Source: Eledone cirrhosa
Lineage: Eukaryota
Assembly (NCBI GenBank): GCA_964016885.1
Contig: OZ024756.1
Location: 35,588,001 to 35,652,000, forward strand
DNA length: 64,000 nt
Direction: 5' to 3'
In this document: positions 43,860 through 57,110 of the stretch, piece by piece
Layout: the number at the start of each line of letters is the position of its first letter
How positions within the stretch are numbered: the stretch's first letter is position 1
The notes under the pieces: generated by a model
What the model was told of the DNA's origin: nothing
The model's database searches: none
Seen by the model: the letters and a program-made list of their open reading frames with translations, nothing else
Position numbers and translations under genes: made by a program

Positions 43860-45267
43860 CAAAGGAATTGGCCAGAGCTCAGTCGTTGGGGTCCTGACTC
43901 TTTTCCTATATATATATATATGTATATGTATATTATGAGGGGTGGTATATGATTGTGTGTATGTCAAACCCTAAGTCTATGTACCATATCCATGTCAGTC
44001 AAACAAACAAACATATTCCAAGTTTTGGTAAGAATTCCATAAATATTTCTTCTCTTTGCAATTTTGTCCAATTTTCATTTTAACCTTCTTCTCTATTTAC
44101 TCTGCATGGAATATATTTTAAGGGTCACCACCTTTAAATTAGATTATCTCACACTTTACAATGTTTGAGTGGTTTATGTACACCGACACTATTTAAATCA
44201 CCAACAACACTATATTAGGGTTCTACCAGTTTTCTACCATATAAACCACCAACACTATTTTTCTACTAGTTTTCTACCTTTTCAACCACCAACACTATAT
44301 TAGGTTTCTACCAGTTTTCTACCATTTAAACCACCAACAATGTATAATGTTTCTACCACACTCCAACACTATTTAAACCACCACCAACACTATATTAAGT
44401 TTCTACCAGTTGTCCACCATATAAACCACCAACACTGTTTCTACCAGTTTTCTACCATATAAATAACCAACACTACATTTCTACCAATTTTCTACCATAC
44501 CACTCCCTCCTATTCTGTATGCTTCACTTTAGAATATCATATAGTCTATAATATTAAATATAAAAATATTATATATATTATCATATTAAATATTAAAATA
44601 TCATAAAGTCTATAATATTAAATGATTAAAATATATATTTTTAAATGAGTTTAAAATTTTAAAATATATTTTTTGCCTAATGGGAAAATATATTTTTATG
44701 TATATGAAGTTAAGGGGCAAAACATTTGCTCGAGGAGGGCTTCTGGGGAGACAGGCAGCGAATTGGTAGAAGTGATAGTATAAGGTTAACAGAAAAGAAA
44801 AAGCAACAACAAAATACTATTGGTATATATTCTATAGATACTGAGAGCACCTCTAAAGAGATGGCCTAAACCTCCAGTAAGAGTTGAAACTCCACAGTCA
44901 TCTGGTCCATTTTCCCCGCTCCCAACTCCCAGTATGGTGAGCAAATGATATTGTACTTTTGGCAAAACAATCTTCTTTCTAACTCTTTAATCATTTCTTT
45001 CATCAACTAATATTAAACTATTGTCCTTCTTCTTGTTTTTCTTCAACGTCCGAGAAAATACTTTTGGGTATTTAGTTATGGTTTTCTATATTCTGAGTTG
45101 AAATTTCTCCTCTCCCTGAGGTTAACTTTGCCTTTCGTCCTTCTAGGGTCGATAAAATAAAGTACCAGTCATATACTGGAGGTCAATGTAATCGACTTAC
45201 TCCTCCCCCACAAAATGTTGGCCTTGTGCCTAAATTAATATTGATTAATATCATTATTATTATTATC

Positions 45268-46217
45268 GCTTGGAAGCTGGAATGTCTCCAAGCGCTCACA
45301 ACCTTCTACCACAACATCCACCTCGGTGTTCTATAGAGGACTAGTGGAGGGGAAGAGTGACAACATTCTCGGGGAGACCCTGGACGTCGAAGACAATCAG
45401 CTGTTCGCTCTCTTCAAGAGAACTTTCAGCACAGGGCCTATGGACAACTTCCAGAAATACCTGGCCTGGCAGTGCTACCAGGGAGCGTTGCTGGTTCAAG
45501 ATAAGCTCTGCAGGCACGGAAGTGCCGTCAACCAAACCTGTCCGAGATGCGCACAGAGCGACGAAACCGTTGTGCATGCACTCGTTCACTATCCGAGCAT
45601 TGCTGACTTGTGGAGCTATGTCGAACATTTGCTGTCACATATAGGACAGATCTGATTATCAACTGAGTCCATTGTTCAGTTAGCCCCGCCGTCCTCCTTT
45701 AAAGAGGAGGAAGGGCAAGCAGTTTTCATCTGCCTGGTGGCCATGGCGAAAGAGATTGTATGGTGGACAAGGTTGAAAGGATTGAATACGGTCACTTTCC
45801 TCTTCGGCCAATCTCTGATTAACTTTTTCAAATTTCACTTGAAGAGGAAAATCAGGGTGGAGAGGCAAGTGCTGTCTTCTAGTAAGTTTGTTGAAAGGTG
45901 GGTGAAAGTGGCGAGTCTGGTCCGAGTGAACGGGCCCGCTCTAAGTATGCGCCTGTAGACTGAGAGAGGGCGCTTATACTGGTGGTCAGGGTGGCCGTGG
46001 TCTTTTGTGTAGTTTTCACCACGAGTGACCCTTGGAGGTTTCTCCCCTTTTGGCAAATTTTGTTGTTTGAATTTTTTTTTTTATTTGTTTTTACACATTT
46101 CTATTTTCTTGTTATAATCTTTTTACACGGCCAAAACCCACTTTGTATTGTCCTGTACCGTTCTGTGCCATCTGTAATATTTTTCTTCATGTTAACCCTT
46201 GTGGCCAATAAATGAAA
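45268..46217 (+). mobile_element. Truncated, decayed sister-subfamily Tx1 copy (ORF2 3' end and a different 3' UTR)
   Basis: FYRGLV..GPMDNFQKYLAWQCYQGAL..CPRC and KEIVWWTRLKG..RVNGPAL match the ORF2 C-terminus; in-frame stop near 45653. Confidence 0.9.
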
Positions 46218-46221
46218 CCAT

Positions 46222-46404
46222 ATTGGCAGTATCGGTAGAGGGTCGGACGCCATGCTTTCCAGCATAGTTACGTCCCTTTACGATCTGAGTTCAAATCCTG
46301 CCGAGGTTGACTTTGCCTTTCATCCTTACGGGGTCGATAAAATAAAGTACCAGTAATGCACTGGGTAATTGCTGGCCTTGTGCCTAAAGTAGAAACAATT
46401 ATTA

Positions 46405-46445
<41 letters not shown>
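46222..46445 (+). mobile_element. SINE family A copy with a long (ATT)n tail
   Basis: Matches 1088-1268. Confidence 0.85.
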
Positions 46446-46448
<3 letters not shown>

Positions 46449-46820
46449 ATTATTGTTGCTGTTGTTATTATTGATATTATTGTTCTTAATACTATTACTG
46501 TATGTCATTTCAATGTCCCCAAACACTACAGGCCCTTGGGGCCAATAAAGGAAATCATTTTTAATGTTGTTTTTCATTATTGTTGTTGTTATTATCATTA
46601 TTATTATTTGTTTTCTATTTTTGGCACAGGGCCAGCAAATTGAAAGGGGGGGAGGAGAAAGTCGATTAAATTGAACCCCAGTGAATTACTGGTACTTTAT
46701 TTTTGTCACCACGCCCCACACCCCACCTCCCGTAAGGATGATAAAATAAAGTACCAGTAATACACTGGGATTGATTTAATCGCCTCTCCCCTCTTCCCAA
46801 AATTGCTGGCCTTATGCCAG

Positions 46821-46868
46821 CCTTGTATTTGTCCCCTTCTTTTGTGCCCTAGTGGCAATAAATAGAAA
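46821..46868 (+). mobile_element. Very short Tx1 3' terminus followed by (TCTA)n
   Basis: ccttgtatttgtccccttcttttgtgccc...aataaatagaaa then tctatctatcta. Confidence 0.7.
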
Positions 46869-46985
46869 TCTATCTATCTACCTACATACCTACCTACATA
46901 CCTACCTATCTATCTAGCTATAGAGTATATCTATCTGTCTATCTATTTATGGAACTATCTACCTACCTACCTATCTATCTATTTA

Positions 46986-47238
46986 TCTATATCAGCCTGT
47001 AGGTTGAGGGAAAAGAGGAAGAGAGGAAAGGGGTACTCACTCTTCGTACTCCTGGAGATGAGGGTTGCACATTTTTTCGGGGGTATGTGTTACCCATATG
47101 AAATGTCTCCCCCTATTGGGGAAAATCGATTAACTTTTAAATTGCATTTGTGATAATATTTTACACGTTTTTATTGTATGTAAACTTCCCCCTTTGTATT
47201 TGTCCCCTTCTTTTGTGCCCCTATGGCTAATAAAAAAC
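46986..47238 (+). mobile_element. 5'-truncated Tx1 3' UTR copy in a (TCTA)n tract
   Basis: Near-identical to 56570-56820; tatctatctatttatct flanks both sides. Confidence 0.85.
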
Positions 47239-48467
47239 ATATCTATCTATCTATTTATCTGTCCATCTGTCTTTCTATCTTTCTGCCTGTCTGGCTAGCT
47301 ATCCATCCATCTATCTATATAGTCTATCTATCCTTTGATCTATCCATCCATCTATCTATCTATCTATCCTTTGATCTATCCATCCATCTATCTATATAGT
47401 CTATCTATCCTTTGATCTATCCATCCATCTATCTATCTATCTATCTATCTAGTTAGCTACCTATCTGTTCAACTCTTTCTATGTCACCATCCCGTCTATC
47501 ACATCCTTCCAAGTCACCTTACCATCCACTTCCTCCTCACCATACCATCCGCCACCCCACCATTCTACCATCAACCACCACCACCACCATCTCCAACAGC
47601 TAACCATCTATCACCTTACTACCCTATCATCAATCGCCACCACCCTACCATCTACCACACCAACACCCCACCACCCTACCATCTACCACCACCCCACCAT
47701 CCTACCATCTACCACCCTCCACTCCTACCATCAACCACCCTCCACTCTACCACCCCAACATCCAACCACCACCCCACCACCATTACCATCTACCACCAAC
47801 ACCACCCTACCATCCTATCACCCCACCACCCTACCATCTACCACTACCACCACCCCACCACCACCACCCTTACCACCACCACCCTACCATCCTACCACCC
47901 CATCACCCTACCATCTACCACTACCACCACCCCACCACCACCACCACCAGTCACACACACCATTCTACCATCTACCACCACCACCCTACCATCCTACCAC
48001 CACCCCCCACCACCACCCTTACCATCTACCACCAGTCACACACACCATTCTACCATCCTACCACCCCATCACCCTACCATCTACCACTACCACCACCCCC
48101 CACCACCACCCTTACCATCTACCACCAGTCACACACACCATTCTACCATCCTACCACCCCACCACCCTACCATCCTACCACCCCATCACCCTACCATCTA
48201 CCACTACCACCACCCCCACCACCACCCTTACCATCTACCACCACCACCCTTACCATCTACCACCACCACCCTTACCATCTACCACCAGTCACACACACCA
48301 TTCTACCATCCTACCACCCCACCACCCTACCATCCTACCACCCCATCACCCTACCATCTACCACTACCACCACCCCACCACCACCACCCTTACCATCTAC
48401 CACCACCACCCTTACCATCTACCACCAGTCACACACACCATTCTAACCGTTCTCATTCATCTTTCAG

Positions 48468-48512
48468 TGGGAACGACGTTTCATGTCACTTTATGCCTAT
48501 AGAGGTCAAATG
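48468..48512 (+). CDS. Candidate 45-nt symmetric exon in the Nav DI-DII linker (WERRFMSLYAYRGQM)
   Basis: Branch-like ttctaac, pyrimidine tract and cag acceptor; 15 open codons in phase 0; donor ATG|gtaatc. No homology support available. Confidence 0.5.
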
Positions 48513-48939
48513 GTAATCATTTCATTTTTTTTGGTTTTTTTATATCCCCCCGCCTCCCATCTACCCAGCTCACTCTCTCCCTATCAACCACCCTCCTACT
48601 GTCTCATCCTCATCCTCATCCAGTGTTGTGTACAGTTGTTATCCCTGCTTCTCAGTAAAACAACAGCCACCCCTCATCAATATCTCAATGTTACATTAGT
48701 AGTACTTGTTGCCTCAGAAACCTTGCTTTAAAAAAATTACTCCCCTCCACCCGCAACCTGCTGTTCACAGGTGGTGGGAGTTTTTCTGTCACCCTACATA
48801 AAACACACATACACATACATATAGATATAGATATAATTGTATATATATATATATATATATATATAATTATATCTATATATATATATATATCTATATATAT
48901 AATTATATCTATATATATATATATATATATATAATTATA

Positions 48940-48979
<40 letters not shown>

Positions 48980-48981
48980 TA

Positions 48982-49041
<60 letters not shown>

Positions 49042-49043
49042 TA

Positions 49044-49101
<58 letters not shown>

Positions 49102-49103
49102 TA

Positions 49104-49147
<44 letters not shown>

Positions 49148-49149
49148 TA

Positions 49150-49187
<38 letters not shown>

Positions 49188-49330
49188 TATCTACATATAT
49201 ATATATATATATATAATGAAAAATTTGAACAGGGACAGAACAGAGAGGCAGTACAATAAATGTTTATTAAATTCAGTATATATCACAGAAAAAAGAGAAT
49301 CATTGTTGCAACGAATGGAATTTATTGGAC

Positions 49331-49421
49331 ATATTACAATCGTTTCTCTGGCGACCAGCTCGAGGCACGATCGATGTGATGATCGAACCTGACCTCTGAA
49401 AATCGCAAGGTCCTCAGATAC
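49331..49421 (-). ncRNA. Hammerhead-like motif (extended stem II family)
   Basis: GTAT-CTGAGGA-ccttgcgatt...gtcaggttcgatc...-GAAA-CGATTG-TA-ATAT. Confidence 0.5.
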
Positions 49422-49554
49422 GTCTTGATTCTACGAAGCAGATTTTCCTATAGGAAAATATATATATATTGTTATAGTTGGGGAGGGTCATGATTGATGA
49501 CCAACAGTTAAAAATACAGATATAAATATATATATGTAGTCTATCAAAGTTCTT

Positions 49555-49678
49555 TCGTCACATATCTGCAACATCATCAGTGGGAATGTCTACGCCATTT
49601 TTTAAAATGGCGTAGACATTACAATACAATAGGAGGAAACATAATAGTACCACTGATGATGTTGCAGATGTGTGACGA
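49555..49678. repeat. Nested inverted repeats
   Basis: 29-bp outer arms plus an inner palindrome with 17-bp arms at 49585-49620. Confidence 0.88.
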
Positions 49679-50161
49679 GAGAGAATGGGGGGGTAGGGGG
49701 AGGAGAGGGAGAAGAGAAGAGATGGTAGCTTCAGAGAGGTTGAGGGGATTAGTCGGAGGAGAGGGAGAAGAGAAGAGATGGTAGCTTCAGAGAGGTTGAG
49801 GGGGAAGTGGTTGTGAAATTAGGGCCAATTGCCAAAATTGTGATTGGCTGGTCAAAATCAGCCATATTGATCTGATGTAGCATGACATTAGGGTCTTGAA
49901 AAACTAATTCATCATTTGTTGTCTGCAAACATCTGACTTTCCAGAATTTATCTCCCCTTTTCTTTGAGTCGCTAATAATTTTTGTTTTATTTTTTTTTTT
50001 CAAAAGGGGGTTAGCTAGAGCACATGACTCCTTTTCATGACCCCTGAGGCTGTGGAGTAGAAAGGAAGGAAGGAGAGAGAGCAGGGTATCTTCAAGCCCA
50101 AGACTTGATTCAAATGATTGCAACAGAATCAACAGATTGGTAGTGTTAACCCTTTAGTATT

Positions 50162-50816
50162 TACATTACTCTATATATACTATTATATTTTCATGGTAAA
50201 GGCTTTACCTCACATAATTATCTCACATAATATCTACATTACTCTATATATACTATTATATTTTCATGGTAAAGGCTTTACCTCACATAATTATCTCACA
50301 TAATATCTACATTACTCTATACATACTATTATATTTTCATGGTAAAGGCTTTACCTCACATAATTATCTCACATAATATCTACATTACTCTATACATACT
50401 ATTATATTTTCATGGTAAAGGCTTTACCTCACATAATTATCTCACATAATATCTACATTACTCTATACATACTATTATATTTTCATGGTAAAGGCTTTAC
50501 CTCACATAATTATCTCACATAATATCTACATTACTCTATACATACTATTATATTTTCATGGTAAAGGCTTTACCTCACATAATTATCTCACATAATATCT
50601 ACATTACTCTACATATACTATTATATTTTCATGGTAAAGGCTTTACCTCACATAATTATCTCACATAATATCTACATTACTCTATACATACTATTATATT
50701 TTCATGGTAAAGGCTTTACCTCACATAATTATCTCACATAATATCTACATTACTCTATACATACTATTATATTTTCATGGTAAAGGCTTTACCTCACATA
50801 ATTATCTCACATAATA
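50162..50816 (+). repeat. 73-bp tandem array (about 9 copies) inside a MITE family 1 copy starting at 50150
   Basis: Same MITE segment as the 28.5 kb array, in the opposite orientation. Confidence 0.92.
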
Positions 50817-51078
50817 TGAAATCTATGAGATTTTGATATTATTTATGTTGAGAACAATACCTTAACATCAGTATGAACATCCGGTTATAGCCAGTTTGAA
50901 CAGAAAGAGGTGAGATAACGGGGTGTCATATTATTCATGAGTGACCTGCCTGTGTTAAGTGGGTCTCTTGCTCTACACTCTTATTAAGTTTAAAACTTGA
51001 ATAAAGGGTTAGAAGTGGTCAAAATAAATATAAAAAGATAAAAAAAACCTGAAAGCAATATGAAGCATGGCTTCACTT

Positions 51079-51110
<32 letters not shown>

Positions 51111-51716
51111 TGTTTCTACTTTTAGCGCAAGGCCAACAATTACCCCAGTGTATTACTGGTACTTTATTTTATCGACCCCGTAAGGGTGAAAGGCAAAGTT
51201 TGACCACAGAGAGATTTGAACTCAGACCACAAAGGGCCATAACTCTGTGCTGCAAAGCATGGCGTCCGACCCTCTAGCGATACTGCCAATCCAATAATAA
51301 ACTTCACGAACCACGTCCAAGTAAATTACAAAGAACACATAATACAGCTTCAATCTAATAGTTTCTATCCCAGAAGACATACTTGATTCCTGATATTATA
51401 AAGACTGATTGAATCAAGTTTTTTAAAAGAATCACCAAATATGGAATGAAACCACGAAAGTACAGCTGACCTTAACAGATCAATAATGTCTGCCAGGCGA
51501 TGCTGACCAGAAATATAAACCACATTTAAAAAAAAAGACTAATGAAATTGCGGGGGAGGATAAGTGACATAGTTAGCATTTATAGGTTTAATAATATGAT
51601 GGTTCTTTTTCGTTTTAAAAGATTTTAGCAGCATTAAACTTCTTGATATGTTGATATAAAACTGTCTGAATCCATCTATGGTTCCATGGTAATAAATTGT
51701 GTATATGGTATGTGTT

Positions 51717-51783
<67 letters not shown>

Positions 51784-52181
51784 ATAGTATATATAATGAA
51801 ATTTATACACTAATATAATATACATATTAGTATATATTTCGAGGCCGAAACAAATGAGATCGTGTAGGTGTCACGACAAAAAAACACACAGTCCACGCTG
51901 TAATGTGGCCGTGTAGGCAACACGGTAAAAACCTCCCAGACCCACACTGTAAATGTGGTTGGTGTTAGGAAGGGCATCCAACTGTAGAAAACCTGCCAGA
52001 CAGTCCTATGCGAGCAAGACAATCACTCTTGCCTCAAGTGGGACTACCCCCGTCCAAACCCATGCAAGCGTGGAACACGGACGTTAAACGTTGATGATGA
52101 TGATGATGATGATGTGTGTGTGAGTGTGTGTGTGTGTGTGAGTACCCTTGCAAGCAGGGAAAGCAGACATTAAAATGATGA

Positions 52182-52237
<56 letters not shown>

Positions 52238-53025
52238 TGTATATATATGATATAATATGCAATTAAATCGATTCCAGTATGTTACCACTGACTTCGATTC
52301 TACTTAATCTCTCTCTCTCTATATATATATAATAATTGTTTCTACTTTTGGCACAAGGCCAGCAATTACCCAGTGTATTACTGGTACTTTATTTTATCGA
52401 CCCCGTAAGGATGAAAGGCAAAGTTAACCTTGGCGGGATTTGAACTCAGACTGTAAAGGGCCATAAGTATGCTGGAAGGTATGGCCTCCGACCCTCTACC
52501 AATACTGCCATTCCACCACTATCATCATCATCATCATCATCATTTTGATGATATATATATATAACAAAAATAATAATAAGAGTTTAATGGGACTAGCATA
52601 AGGTTTCCTTGCTAGTACTGGCTGCGTCTGAGCGTACTCAATAGGTAAGGTTATGTATAAATCCCAGAGTAGACACAAAGTTATTTGCCTCAATACAACA
52701 CAGGTAAATGGGTACCATAAATTTATACCCTTACTCGAGTTTCTGCCACACTTAATGTGGTAAAGGAATACAAGGGTTGGATGGATCAACATACTGGCTG
52801 GTCTATGTAGAACTGTCCAACTCTCGGTAGCAGGGAAAACATACATGATGAAGATGATGATGATATATTTATATATACTGAAAGTTGATGAGTAATAGTA
52901 TATTAGTATAGGTGATAAGACAACAGAATGTGGTTTTACTCAGCCATAGAGAGAGAGAGAGAGGGAGAGAGAGTCAAGTCTATAAGTTGATGTATATAAA
53001 TATATATATTTATATATACATACAA

Positions 53026-53087
<62 letters not shown>

Positions 53088-53418
53088 ATTTATATATACA
53101 CAAACTAGACAAAGTCATAGATATATATATAGATATTTTTGGCAACCATTCACGATGTGGCTCAAGAGAGATGGTGTATATATCTTATCAACTGATTCTA
53201 TGGACATATTTTATAGTATATATATATATATTTATATTTATATGTGTATATATATATTATATTATATATTATATTATATATATACACATATATATATATA
53301 TGTATACATTTATATATATATATATATATACACATATATATGTATATATATGTGTATATATATATATAAATGCACATATATACACATATATATGTATATA
53401 TATGTATATACATGTATA

Positions 53419-53453
<35 letters not shown>

Positions 53454-53838
53454 ACACACATGCACACGCATACACACACACATATATATATATATATACA
53501 CACACACATATTTATATATTAAATTGATATCCACAGAAATGAGTCATTCATTAGATGAAGCTTCCATAATTATTCATTGCATTAAAGTCCACCATAGCTT
53601 TCATGTTCTCTCTCCCCCCTTCTTTGTGTGTATAAATATATATATATATATATGTGTGTGTGGGGGTGTGGGTGTGTGTGTCTGTGTGTGTGTGTGTATA
53701 TATATATATACACACCCATTATCCCCTTCATTCATAAATCAGATTGTCAATCTACTTTATTTGATGTCAGCTTTGAAATGCAACCTCCTGTCCACACTCC
53801 CTGCCTCCCACTCTACTCTACTTTCTCCCTATATATAT

Positions 53839-53925
<87 letters not shown>

Positions 53926-53937
53926 ATAGACACATTT

Positions 53938-54570
53938 TTCAAATGCGAGAGGGCGCTATAGAAGTGATGGATAGCTTCCGGTACCTAGGAGATCAGATTA
54001 GCATGGGAGGAGGGTGTTCCGAGGCCATAGTATCTAGAATAAGGACGGGTTGGAAGAAGTTTAGGGAGCTGCTTCCTCTGTTGACGAAGAAGGGTTTCTC
54101 CCTGCGTACGAAAGGCCGGTTGTATGATGCCTGTGTGAGGAGCGCGATGCTGCATGGTAGTGAGACATGGGCAGCTACCGCAGAAGATATGCGACGGCTG
54201 GAGAGAAATGAGGCAAGCATGCTCTGTTGGATGTGCAGTGTAAATGTGCGTGAACGACCCAGCATAAATGTGTTGAGAGAGAAACTGTGTCTGAGAGGGA
54301 TAGAATGTAGTGTACGGGAGAGGAGACTGAGGTGGTATGGACATGTGATGCGCATGGAGGATGACCGATGGGTGAAGAAGTGCCAGGAAATGCCAGTTGA
54401 AGGAAGACGTGGTAGAGGTAGACCACGAAAAACATGGGCGGAGGTGGTGAGAACAGACCTCAGATCATTGAAGCTCACGGTGGAGATGACGAGGGACCGT
54501 GACGAGTGGAGAGATGCTGTGCTGAATAAGACCCGTCCCACCCTTGCAAGCAGGGAAAAGCGGACGTAAA

Positions 54571-54602
<32 letters not shown>
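53938..54602 (+). mobile_element. 5'-truncated RTE-clade LINE (end of RT and C-terminus) with a (GAT)n tail
   Basis: [32 protein letters not shown] and [12 protein letters not shown]; the stop codon runs directly into the GAT repeats. Confidence 0.93.
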
Positions 54603-54758
54603 ATTTATATATGTGATGTGTATATAAACATATTTTAAATGGTAGTGTTAAAATATATAGACATGATGCATTTGTCAAAATGAATTAAAATTATGTATAT
54701 ATATCATTATACAACTTATGAAATTTATATATTTCTGTAAGAAATATATAAATATATA

Positions 54759-54794
<36 letters not shown>

Positions 54795-54811
54795 CACACA
54801 TATATGTACAT

Positions 54812-54898
<87 letters not shown>

Positions 54899-54927
54899 TA
54901 TATATACATACATATATATACATATAC

Positions 54928-54967
<40 letters not shown>

Positions 54968-55184
54968 GGAGAAAGAGAGAATATATATATATATATATAT
55001 TGCTTTAATAAATGTTAAAATTCTTTCATTCTTTCAGCTCCTTAACTGCTTTTCTTCCAGAAGTTCTTCAATATTTCATATGTCCTATATTGCTTGACAA
55101 AATCTTCGTTATTTAATATCAGATCTTCATCTGTCATTTCTACCACAACGTAACCTCCGTAATATCGCAGTCATATCACAACAG

Positions 55185-55990
55185 TGTCATTATTACATAA
55201 CATGCACAATGTTATGTTGTTATTACGTAATATCTATCACATTGCTGTCTCGTTACATAATATTTATCGCATTGCCGTGTTGTTACATAATATCTACCAC
55301 ATTGCTGTGTTGTTACATAATATCTACCACATTTCTGTATTGTTACATAATATCTATCGCATTTCAGTATTGTTACATACTATCTATCACATTTCTGTAT
55401 TGTTACATAATATTTATCCCATTTCTGTATTGTTACATCTCATCTACCACATTGCTGTCTCATTACATAACATCTACCATGTCACTGTGTCTCATTACAT
55501 AACAGCTACCACATTGCTGTGTCTCATTACATAACAGCTACCACATTGCTGTGTCTCATTACATAACATCTGCCACATTGATGTGTCTCGTTACATAACA
55601 TCTACCATGTAACTGTGTCTCATTACATAACATCTACCACATTGCTGTGTCTCGTTACATAACATCTGCCACATTTATGTGTCTCATTACATAACATCTG
55701 CCGCATTGCTGTGTCTCATTACATAACATCTACCACAGTGTTGTGTCTCATTACATAACATCTACCATGCTGCTGTGTCTCATTACATAACATCTGCCAC
55801 ATTGCTGTGTCGTTACATAATATCTACTACATTGGTGTGTCTCATTACATAACAGCTACCACGTTGCTGTGTCTCATTACATAACATCTACCACATTGCT
55901 GTGTGTCTCATTACATAACAGCTACCACGTTGCTGTGTCTCATTACATAACATCTGCCACATTGCTGTGTCGTTACATAATATCTACTAC
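55185..55990. repeat. 30-32 bp minisatellite
   Basis: (ccacattgctgtgtctcattacataacatcta)n. Confidence 0.88.
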
Positions 55991-56458
55991 ACGGCTGTCC
56001 CACTATTATATCACACCCAGCACACAAGTGTCTCGCTGTCACATAACACCCATCACATCATTGTTTTGTTGTTACATAATGTTATTACATAACGTTCTTC
56101 CATGCCAATATTGCAACATAATCACCTGCGACATAACTCTCACATTCTTATACAACATCTACTACATTGTTATTCCATTATGACATAACTTCTGTCACGG
56201 TTCCATTGTTACCACATATCTCACTCGTTATGGCATATCTACCATATCAACATCTCGTTACATAATTTTGTATTTCACTTAAATGAATTCTTTTCCTTTT
56301 GTCTTTTTTTTTTCATCTTTTATTGTGTATTCTTTTGAGTTTGTTTTGATTTTGTTGTTTCTGAAATACATACAGCTCGTTTTATCTATCTATCTACCTA
56401 CCTACCTATCTACCTACCTACCTACCTATCTATCTATCTTTCTATCTATCTATCTATC

Positions 56459-56820
56459 TTTCTCTCCGGCCAACAATCAGGATGGAGAGAGAGGTGCTGT
56501 ACCCCAGCAAGTTTTATGAAAGGTGGGTGAAAGTGGCAAGAATGGCCCGAGTGAATGGGCCTTCTCTCTATATCAGCCTGTAGGTTGAGGAAAAAGAGGA
56601 AGAGAGGAAAGGGGTACTCACTCTTCGTACTCCTGGAGATGAGGGTTGCACATTTTTTTCGGGGGTATGTGTTACCCATATGTAATGTCTCCCCCTATTG
56701 GGGAAAATCGATTAATTTTTAAATTGCATTTGTGATAGTATTTACACGTTTTTATTGTATGTAAACTTCCCTCTTTGTATTTGTCCCCTTCTTTTGTGCC
56801 CCTCTGGCTAATAAAGAAAC
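56459..56820 (+). mobile_element. 5'-truncated Tx1 copy (ORF2 C-terminus and 3' UTR) in a (TCTA)n tract
   Basis: Similar to 62355-62673 (ggatggagagagaggtgct...gtgaatgggccttctct...ctttgtatttgtccc...aataaagaaa); tatctatctttctatctatc flanks both sides. Confidence 0.88.
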
Positions 56821-56831
56821 ATATCTATCTT

Positions 56832-56868
<37 letters not shown>

Positions 56869-57110
56869 ATGCTTGTCAAATCTAGCTGTCGTCTGTTCTA
56901 CAGTGTGGATGTCATTCACTTCGCACAGAAGTTTTGTTCAAATTTATTGAGGAAATTTTGTGAGTTCAAACTTAATTTTGATACAATTGTGTAGCTTGAC
57001 CCTCCGTCTGAACTGTCAGGCGGTGGGTCAGCTCATCTTTACCCCTCCTAGAGGCGAAAAACCTGTTTTAAAAAAAATTTTGTGTAAAAAATTTCAATCG
57101 TCTAACAGAA

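Noticed and set aside
55038-55160. Pyrimidine-rich acceptors that might begin the next Nav exon
   Set aside because: Phase 0 frames hit stop codons before any good donor.
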